Source: Atractiella rhizophila (taxonomy: Eukaryota). Taken from it: a DNA stretch of 20,000 bases. Shown here in pieces: positions 11,337-20,000 of the stretch. The position numbers and the translations under genes are program-made. Below the pieces are notes generated by a model that saw only the letters and a list, made by a program, of their open reading frames with translations, made no database searches and was not told the DNA's origin. The stretch covers positions 56,433-76,432 of the forward strand of contig MU271387.1 of NCBI GenBank assembly GCA_021432655.1, in the 5' to 3' direction. Within the stretch, counting starts at the first letter, position 1. Every line of letters starts with the position of its first letter.

Positions 11337-13630
11337 GAACCGCTACCAACAGCGACAGCGTCGTCTGTCCCGGAGGGGAAGGCAGAGCCGGTCAGGAATA
11401 CGGGGAAGCGGAAGAGGGAGGTGACGGGTGCGAGTTTGGCGAGCTTGAAGGGAAGCGGTGTGGGGGAGGCGTCGCCGAAGCATAAGAAGAAGAAGAAGAA
11501 AAGAGAATAATGCGTGATTTTATCTTATCATCCTTCATATGGAATGAGACTTCCAAAACTCCTTTGGGGTGGATGAGTGCCGGAAAAATAAGTGATGATA
11601 AATCTATTGCATGTTGCACAAGCTTCATTTCCCATCCAGATACTGCTCATCAACATTGTCAACGACAATCCCAACAAGTACACACTGACGCCCACTCGTA
11701 ACATCTCGTCAAAGAAAAGGTTGAGCTCAACTTAGGCGCTGTGGAAGCACCTCTCGACAGAATCTGCGTTATTGAAAAAGTAGTTTGGCTATTGTCCATC
11801 GTGTGCATGTTAGACCTAGAAAATTTGGGAGGATGAGGAGAAGAACGCACCATCGTGATGACCTTGAACGCTGAGAAAGCGACAAAGAGGAACAGCTGTC
11901 GACACGATATGTGAGCCCAACGATGTATATACTATGGATGTGAAGGCCATACCATGTTCAGGTTGAATCCGGTGTCGAACGCAGCACCGGTCAGATATGC
12001 ATACTTCTTCCACCACTCATATTTGTACCTAATTCCAAAGGTTTAGTTTGATGTCCCACATATCGGAGTGGGAAAGCTGACTTTTTAACGTAGAGATGGT
12101 TGAGGGAACCCAGGACGAAGGTCATGAGGAACCCGGTGGAAATGTTACCGTAGAAATTCTAAAAGGCAACATAAACAAAACATAAAACTATGGAAAAACG
12201 AATAATTCACCTCCATGGTAGTGCCTATGACGACCAAATGGTATGAATATCAAAAGCGCGGGGGACCATGAAAATCTTACCAAAGATGGCGATATTGACT
12301 TTCTGGAAAGGCACTCGTCCTTTAGTGAGCCTGTGACCGACATAAAGGAGAATGGAGGCGCCGGCTCCAAGTACAAAACCGTACGGCTACCATCGAATAA
12401 TCAGTATGTCTAGAATGCGAACGGGATGTTGACTTACCAATGGTGTGTACATGGGATCTGAGAAAAGTTTCTTTGGTCCAACGAGACCAAAAGCAATACC
12501 TTCACACTTCTGTCAGTTCACGTTCCTGTAGGTATTATTGTAGCACTGACCCTGATTGTTCAAGGAGATGACGGTTTGACCAGTCCCTACAGCTCTCGTC
12601 AATGGCGGTCAGCATTGGCGCAAAGTCACATACACTGCCTGTTAGGATCCGCAATGGATCCTTCCAAATAACCACGCTTGGTGTTGCACACCCATAATAT
12701 AGTCCTATCTGAAATTCAGCAAGCTGGCCATGATGTAGGAATATGTGACGTACGCATAATTGACGGGAACACCAACACAAATTCCCCAGATCTGCGCAAG
12801 GAGGGTTGCCCGAGCTGCAATAGGCATCATCAGAATAGTAATGGTGCTCAGTTCGGACAGACGAACGTGGAATATGGAAGTAGTAACCCAGCTTCATGTC
12901 GCTCAACTACAGGGAGTCCGTTTATATTCATATTTCTGATAAAAAAAGGGAGAGCTGACCATTGCTTGTGCCTTGCGAGAGCATTAGTATTAGCGATGCA
13001 TTCTCGATTACAGTGCCAAATCTTACCTCGTACCAACACTGTCCGGAGATGACACGGTAGGAGAGAGATCCAACAGGGTGACGTGATCCTCCGAGATCGA
13101 TAAGGTAACCGTAGAACAATTCGTTAAAGTCTGAAAGTGTAAAATCAGTGCCTATATCTGAGGTTACTGGGCAGAACTGCTTACATCCTACTGGAACTTG
13201 ATACCCTGAGATGGCATAGATATAACTGTGACTGGTGTGAGCTTGTGCTAGTGACTGTGCGAAAAGATAGTTCACCCCATGGGAATCACAATGAGGATGC
13301 CGAAAACAAGTCCAACAAAATAACTGTAAATCTAGCCCGAAAGCATTAGCGAATCTATAGAGAAATACAAGAGACTACGTGCTGGCATGTACAGGATATC
13401 CTTCTTGAGCACAAGTCCGAGGAGAGCAAAGAAGGATCCGGCAAAAAGGGCAATATTCCACCAGATGGGAACTTGAGGGTACTTTCGGATCATTTTTGTG
13501 AGGATATTCTACTAGAACATAAGGAGTTGATCCACCTGGACTATTACTGCTCACGTTGTAGACTGCATCTCCTCGCCATGCGGCCCTTAGACTCCTGACA
13601 ATAGCTGGACCCTCGAATAGAGCGCAGGAA
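11337..13630 (+). repeat. Triplicated block, copy 3 (RPP1 last-exon tail 11337-11510 plus 3' half of the intact OPT)
   Basis: Starts gaaccgctaccaacagcg (= 6602 and 9028). It carries the copy-1 variants in the RPP1 tail and intergenic region. Confidence 0.97.
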
Positions 13631-15475
13631 AGAAACGCTCCAATGTAAGCGACGTCTGGAACACAGTCAGAATGAAAGGTATTTAGATGAACATGTGACA
13701 CAAACAGCTGAAGAAGTAGGCCCATCGCAAGTTTGCAGACATTCTTGGAGGACCAAACTGCTCGAATAGTTCTTCGTTGAGAGTGTAGTCAGCGTTCAGC
13801 AAGCGAGCCGTCGGATACGAAGAGCCATTGGCGAGCCTCAGAGCTTGTGAATTGATAGGATAGAGGTCGCTTTGCCATGCACCAGTCAATTTTCCAACGG
13901 GGTAGAGGATCTAGGGAAACATGAGAACTTTTTCGGGTCATCCTTTCAAATTTCACGTACCCATGCTCCAATGACGCTGGCTACGAATATGTTGACCAAG
14001 GCCCAGTATGGATAATAGATGAAGGTAGATCCCTAAATAGGCACCGTTGAGAGGCTACCACCAGTGAGCTCAAAATTGAGTAGGACTAACAATGTTCGAC
14101 CAGTCCAGGGTAATATTCAAAATTCCTGCACCTCCCAGTCCAGAACTCAAGAATTGTGCCTGTAAAGCACATTAGCCTTTTAGGCTGAAGGATGGAAGCA
14201 GAGTCGTTTACCGTTGGATTTTTTGTCACCCAACAAAGGAAAGCGAGGGACGAAAGGAATGGAGCAGCCTGAAGAAACGAAACAACGTCAAGCAAAATAA
14301 TTTGAGTAAACGGGATTCGTACGTATTCCGGAAGGGTCTGGTAAAGGAAGACGGCCAGAATAGACCACCAGAAGACTCTCATCTGTTTCTTCGCGGTGTT
14401 GCTGCCGCTCTCAGCGGAAAGACGCATTGCTTTGAAAACTGAAACTTGCTGCAGCGTCAGGGGGAAGAGTGTGACGGGATTCTCTGTTTGCACTGTCAGT
14501 TTGCCTGTGTGTATAATAGAACAACCTACCGATCAAGAACACGCGAGCTAGGGAGGCCAGGGAGAAACCAATGAACACAGCGCTGATCATGAAAATTATT
14601 GCAATCCACCCATTCATAGGCTGTTTTGATATCAGATAGGTCCACGTAAAGAATGTTAAGTAAGAGCCTCACTTTGCCGTAAAAAATCTTGAATTAATCA
14701 TATTTGAGTCAACACGTCAACTTTTCAGTGGAGCAGCACTCACATCCAAAGGTGCCAAGACATAATCTCCAAGATTATTCGTCTAGAGGATTGAATTTAG
14801 TAAATGGTGGGAAGAACGAGAAATGAAAACGAACCCCTCCCGTGTTCGCAGCAAGAACAACGGCGACATGCTCCTTAACGCTGAACGGTCCTGGGTTGAG
14901 TTCAAAGGAGAGGCGTCCAAAGCCAATAGTCTTCACAGGAAGGCTAGCAGCAAGCAATCTTCCAAGATACAGACTTGCAATCTGCACAAAGTAGATGCTG
15001 TAGGGGACGTAGGTGGTTCGGAAAAAGCCCATTTGTTGAAGCCAAGCTCCGAGCGCAGTGAAAATTGTAGAGAGTAAGAAGAAACGCCACGTTAACACTG
15101 GAGCGGTTTCGTCGTCGTCGAAACTGCATAGATCAAGTTATTATGAAGGAAGAGAATCATGGATTATAGATGTTTTGCGTACTCGACCAATTCTCGAACG
15201 ATTTGAGGGAGAGAGGCATAATCCGGATCGTCATCCGAGCCTTTAGCGTCGTTTACATCGTCGCCACTTCAAACAATTAGCTCAGACTGGAATCTGGTCC
15301 GACCTATGTCTACTCACTGGATCTTGACGCTACCTGCGATTTCTGCATCCTTCTTTTCATCGTCGAAAGATCGCTTCTCATCAATGAAGTCGTTCAAATT
15401 ACCACCCGGTAGGACAGGTAGGTTGCCGATGTTGGCCTGAACGTCTTCAGCGTCTCTTGCTGCTTGTGCTGACAT
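11732..15475 (-). CDS. Oligopeptide transporter, OPT family (multi-exon, apparently complete)
   Basis: ATG at 15475 (MSAQAARD...). Spliced motifs: IVRELV..FDDDETAPVLTWRFF, NPGPFSVKEH (OPT signature), GFSLASLARVFL, TLFPLTLQQVSVF, LNEELFEQFGPPRMSA, PIWWN, LSDMKLGYYFHIPPRATLLAQIWG, WWKKYAYLTGAAFDTG, PNYFFNNADSVERCFHSA* (TAA at 11732-11734). Many hydrophobic segments. Confidence 0.93.
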
Positions 15476-15568
15476 CCTGACTGCTTCGCGCGCAGCAAAG
15501 TCGAAAACAGAGCTCAAAGGCCAAGAGGCTCGCTAAAAAGAGACTAGATTCTTTTCAATGGGAAGATA

Positions 15569-15584
15569 GCCATATATATATGGC
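15569..15584. promoter_or_regulatory. Probable TATA element of OPT, within a perfect 16-bp palindrome
   Basis: gccatatatatatggc lies about 95 bp upstream of the OPT ATG. Confidence 0.5.
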
Positions 15585-15595
15585 AGGAGTTTTTT

Positions 15596-16060
15596 CTGAT
15601 AAGAAGCTTTGACAAGCGAGGAGTGTCCCGAAGTTGGATTTCGAAAACACCGTTCGAATGAGCGCGATTCGCGATAAGCATGGCGTGCCTCCAACAATCT
15701 ATTGGCACTATTGCCACATTCGCCGTAGCTCAGCAGGAGGTCTCAAGACCAAGACCCATCCGTCGGCCGCACAAGATCCTTTGCATTGACACAAATAGGT
15801 ATACTTTCGTAAACTGCGAGCTGGACATGAGGGCTAAGGGAAACCCTTGCAGCTGTTGCTCAGGCGTAGGAGATATGGCGCGTTCACGCGTCCACATCGC
15901 GTACCTCCCCGAATTACACGCTTCACCTGGCTCGCCTCTTTCAAAGTTCGCACTTTTGCTGCATCCTTATCCTCTCTAAGGTCAGGATAGGGAATAATCC
16001 AGCTTTTCGGGTTCTATCAGATGGATGGATGAGACGATAGATGGTTCGCTGATAAGAAGC
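15596..16060. promoter_or_regulatory. Cluster of GATAAG sites (putative GATA-factor elements)
   Basis: ctgataagaagc at 15596-15607 and 16049-16060 (12-bp exact repeat), cgataagc at ~15672 and cttatc at 15966-15971. Confidence 0.5.
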
Positions 16061-16733
16061 GAAGCACGCAGCTAATCGCGGACGTTAGTTTTACCCCCGC
16101 GTCAAGGGATGAGGAGAATGCGTGGATGTCGCGATTGACAGGGAAACAGCGAAAGCAAATCAAATGTGGCAGTCCTGCTATTGAATGAAGCCACTGGAGA
16201 AGAGCAGGATATCCTGCCCACTAGAGTACAAATAACCCAGCAGAACGAACAAACAGTTCTGCAAATCGAGCAAGAAACGGCCTACTTGCTTAGGTGCATT
16301 GCTGTTCATCCTGATTTCCTCAGTCTCATTTTCCAGGGAATGGCTCCATTTCTCCTTACATTCCCATCCCTCCTCACCAACGCGCCCCATAATGCATTGA
16401 ATGTTTCCAGTACCCAGCTCCATAATATGTGCACGTGAAGGAAATTCTAAGACTGAATACTTTGAAAGAGGGAGACACCTTGACTGAAGGACAGCGCGCT
16501 TTTATAGTGAAGGGAATTCTCAAAAACGGCGATTCTTTGCACTCCACGAGGACGAAGGAAATATATAGAGCATCCAGACTCATCGTGCGCGATTCCGGTT
16601 CGCGGTTCGGCACGTCACCCAAATCTGAGCAAACACGAGTCATCGTGTTGCTGAACACATCCACATTTGGCATTTGGAGTTCAAGGGTGCCATACTCTTG
16701 TGGGTGCTATCGCGATTGTCCGCAAAGGCAATC

Positions 16734-18258
16734 ATGTCTAAGCGTAAGGTATGCCTCTCGTTGTCCAAGATGTTATCGGGATGCTGAACGGATGGCATTG
16801 GGATGCATTGTTGATCTCGCGTTTGTGCACATCAAGGTCATTTTAATGGGGAAAGGAGGAGCTGGGAAGTCGTCGATGAAAACACTCATATTCGATTCGA
16901 GAGTTGCTCAGGATCTGGGGACGTTTGGCCCGACTGTTGGAGTCAGTAATACTGGTGTGAGGTTTCTCGCGGATGTCAAACTGGATGTATGGGATTGTGG
17001 TGGGCAAGAAGGTACGCATTGCTCCTTTGTGCACCTGGAACTCTGTAGGAGCCTGATGAAGATGTATATTGAGCATTACTTTGGGTGGTTAGACATCATG
17101 ACATCCTTTCTGACGACTGATAGTCACAACGTCTTCAAGCTCGTCTCCGCACTCATTTACATTTTCGACCTCGAATCTCGTTTTCTCGAGACTACCGACA
17201 AAGAATTCTACCTCCAATGCCTCGAGAAGCTATTCAAGGACTCACCTCCCACTGCATCACATTCCACTCTCACTCCCACGAGCTCTAGCCCGCGCTCACG
17301 CGCTCTCGTATCTCCACGTATCAAGGAGGTCACATCTCTTCCAAACTCAGGCCCAGTCACAATCGATGGACCGAAAGTCTTCATCTTGATGCACAAGAAG
17401 GACCTCGTCAGTGCTGAAGTAGCAGAGTCTAAACGGCGGATGGTGGAGGAATGGACTTACGAAGCTCTACACCACGTCGAAGCTAGGGCCGTGCAGAAGT
17501 TGGCCAATCGGAGAAGTGCTGGTTCAGTAAATGAGGCGTCGAGAGGACGACGGAGGGTAGATCTGAAGCAGTTCTTCATGGGTGCATTCTGTACGACCAT
17601 TTGGGACGACTCCTTGTATTCTGTAATTTCCTCCATTTTCCTTCGCGAGGAACGATATCTAACACATTTTCGTCGCCATTAGGCATGGTCTATGATCGTT
17701 TCAACTTTGATACCCAATCTGGAGAGGATCAAAAAAGACCTCATGACTTTCTCTCGCTCTTGCAACGCAACCGAGGTCGTGATTTTCGAAAGCAATACCT
17801 GGCTAGTCGTTTGTAGCGTCAGCAACAGATCAAAAGGCAGCACTTTCATCGAAGGTGGAGCGCAGGAGCAAGATCATGATCAACAACAAAAGAGATTGTA
17901 TGAACGCATCAGTTCCGTCATCAAGACTTTCAAATATTCGTGTGTGTAAGTCCTTTCACGCTTTCTGTTCGTCGAGTGTATGATAAAATGGGAGAGCAGG
18001 AAAGGCGCACGTACGCAGTTTGAGTCGATACAGATTTGCGAACCAGATTTCACGCTCGTGATGGATGCGTTCACGGAAGATACCCATGTTCTGATTGTGT
18101 GCGAAAATGCAGTTGGTTCGTCCTTCTGCCTTTCTACCGCTTGAACCGTGATGAGCATTATTAACGGGCGTATAGAACCGAGGGTCCTGACGCACATGAT
18201 TGAGACGGCTCGTCCTCACTTCAAATCGATTCAATCTTCTAAACCAAAGGAGCGCTAG
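16734..18258 (+). CDS. GTR1: Gtr1/RagA-family small GTPase (TORC1 amino-acid signalling), divergent
   Basis: Exons 16734-16748, 16837-17011, 17093-17622, 17683-17945, 18000-18115, 18176-18258. Motifs: MSKRKVILMGKGGAGKSSM (P-loop), WDCGGQ, LIYIFD, HKKDLV, TTIWDDSLYSAWSMIVSTLIPN, EVVIFESNTWLV, YERISSVIKTFKYSC, ETARPHF. The stop TAG is at 18256-18258. Confidence 0.92.
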
Positions 18259-18720
18259 AACTGGAACCCCAAGGACCTACCTCTAATCATGTTCTCATTC
18301 AATGGTTCTCGCAGATGGAGATCCATCTATCTTTTAAAGACGCTAGTCGATCAGAACGCCAGTGGGGTACTACCCTTCCAATGAATGAAGGTGGTCTTGG
18401 TTGTGACAGAGAGATGGAATTCTCGACTCCCTTCGATGTCCTTGAGGTTGCGGTGATAATTGTCGTTCTGCTTTGCTTAGGCATGCTTCTGTTGTATCGG
18501 ATCCTCGCGAAGACTAGCTGAAATTCGAAGATGTTGGGCACTCATGGTTAGGCCACGGATCTCGAAAGTAATTCGAAAATCGTTAATGGGGTACAGCAAT
18601 GCTCCTCCTTCGTTGATATACTTCGAGGCAGCTTCTTGCACAATAAATAAGAGGCAAACACTCCATGAAAGATGTAACAACCAACATATACAGAACTGAC
18701 GAAAAAACGAATTCGCAATA

Positions 18721-20000
18721 CTAATCGAGGACAATAACAACAGGCTCTAGCTCCTCCTCTTGCTCTTCTTGTTTCCTAGCTCTCTTTCTCGCCTTTTTCG
18801 CTTTGCTGACGCTCTTCGCTTCGTCCTCCTGGTCAAACTCAACCACTTTGCACAACTCGACCTCCACTCCTGCACCAATCAAAAGATCAATCCATATTCG
18901 TTGGGTATCCGACAAGCGGTCGCCGGGACCTTTGACCTCTGCAAATTTGAGCTTGCCTTTCTCAGGTTTCCATAAACAGAGATCAGGCATGCCACTCGCT
19001 CGATGGCCCCATTCTTCCGCAAAGACCTTGCATATGCATACTAAGGCTTTTGGCCCCAAGCACTTCCTTCAACGTTCAGACCGCTGTGCGGTCGAACGAA
19101 AGGATAACATTACCTGCACTACTTCCAGCAAGTCCTGTTTAGCATAGCGATCCCAATGCAGTCCAACACAGCAAGTCTTCTTCTCTCTTTCTCGGTCATC
19201 TACCTCTTCAAGAATGACAGCTGCCTCTCCGCGACCAATCTCAGCCAAACGCTTCGATATCGATTCGGCACGAGCTATGGAGAACGTTCAGCGGCCTCTA
19301 ACAGCTCGAATGAAGTGCTTACTGATACAGAAGGCATCAGTCGCCAGATCCAAGGGAGCTGACTGGAAGGAGGTCTCGAAAACTCCCTCAATATCTTCGA
19401 AGATGATGTCGAAGAAGAGCATGGCAAATACTGTAGTCAGTATGCCGTTTTCGGAATGAAATCTGAGTAAATCAGGGTAAACTCTCTAAACCTTCAGTAA
19501 GGAATGGGCAGCTACCCTTTCCAGCCTTTCTTCTTGTATCCCTCCAAAGCTAACTCCTCCACGCTCCCCTCACCGCCGTCACACATCCTCCATACAGACT
19601 TGCCAATGTTTGAGACATCGACTTCCTCGCCTTCCTTCGCCTTTTTCTCTGCTAACTCCTTCGTCTTTTCCGAGATAATGCGTTCACCTTTGAAAGTTCT
19701 CTGGCACGCTTCTCTTAGCTCCGCATGTTCCTCTTCGTCATTCTCGCACTCGATACCCAGAAGCTTTTCTAGCCGTTTCTTTCTCTTCTCGAGTGCGTTT
19801 CGATAAATAACGTGGGTGTCTGGATCCTGTAATCCTTCTTTCAAAACGAGTAAAGCTTCCTCCCGCTTCTTCCTCTTCAACCGCACTCCAGCCTCATCAT
19901 TCTTATTAGAATTTCCAAAGTACGTCATAAGTATCAGGGCGAGTCGTTCGTACCATGCGCCACGCTTTCCGCGCCGGAAGTGGCGCTGAGAGAGAAGGTC
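18721..20000 (-). CDS. FAN1: Fanconi-associated nuclease 1 homolog (VRR-NUC, PD-(D/E)XK), 5' end outside window
   Basis: Introns at 19463-19515, 19275-19322 and 19063-19113. Motifs: RGAWYERLALI, SVEELALEGY..GWKGFHSENGILTTVFAMLFFDIIF, FETSFQSAPLDL, SGMPDLCLW, FAEVKGPGDRLSDTQRIW. Confidence 0.94.

Noticed and set aside
5663..13630. Repeats interpreted as LTRs or a transposon
   Set aside because: The repeated sequence is entirely host RPP1/OPT, with no TG..CA ends, TIRs, target-site duplication or RT/transposase coding.
16166..16438. Intergenic ORFs on both strands and a 14-bp palindrome gcaggatatcctgc (16204-16217)
   Set aside because: No recognisable protein similarity or splice model, and a single short palindrome is compatible with chance.
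16429..16733. Apparent ~100-aa N-terminal extension of Gtr1 in the 417-aa ORF
   Set aside because: It starts at a non-ATG codon. The ATG at 16734 plus intron 16749-16836 gives the canonical MSKRKVILMG start.
1..20000. Treating the six genes as one functional cluster, or as a prokaryotic defence/CRISPR system
   Set aside because: They are intron-containing fungal genes with unrelated functions. I saw no repeat-spacer array, tRNA or rRNA, and the VRR-NUC gene is an ordinary FAN1.

Overview
Eukaryotic, intron-dense genomic DNA with ~45-60 nt GT-AG introns, CTAAC/CTGAC-type branch sites and several micro-exons, which points to a basidiomycete-like fungus (inference). Six conserved genes can be spliced by hand: a 5'-truncated GH29 alpha-L-fucosidase (+, <1-3217), a CAMK-group Ser/Thr kinase (-, 3603-5296), RNase P/MRP subunit Rpp1/Rpp30 (+, 5394-6775), an OPT oligopeptide transporter (-, 11732-15475), a divergent Gtr1/RagA GTPase (+, 16734-18258) and a 5'-truncated FAN1/VRR-NUC nuclease (-, 18721->20000). 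The main anomaly is a direct triplication of the convergent RPP1-3'/OPT-3' block, with junctions at ~8091 and ~11336. Deleting 6602-11336 (4735 bp) restores a clean RPP1-OPT locus. The middle copy differs from the others mainly at synonymous and intronic sites, and I saw at most two alleles per site. It therefore looks like the second haplotype of a heterozygous (dikaryotic) strain joined in tandem by the assembler, although a real rearrangement cannot be excluded from sequence alone. I found no convincing novel multi-gene system. The best secondary leads are the unusual Gtr1, a 97-bp head-to-head kinase/RPP1 gap, a GATA-rich OPT/Gtr1 divergent promoter and a probable GC-AG intron.
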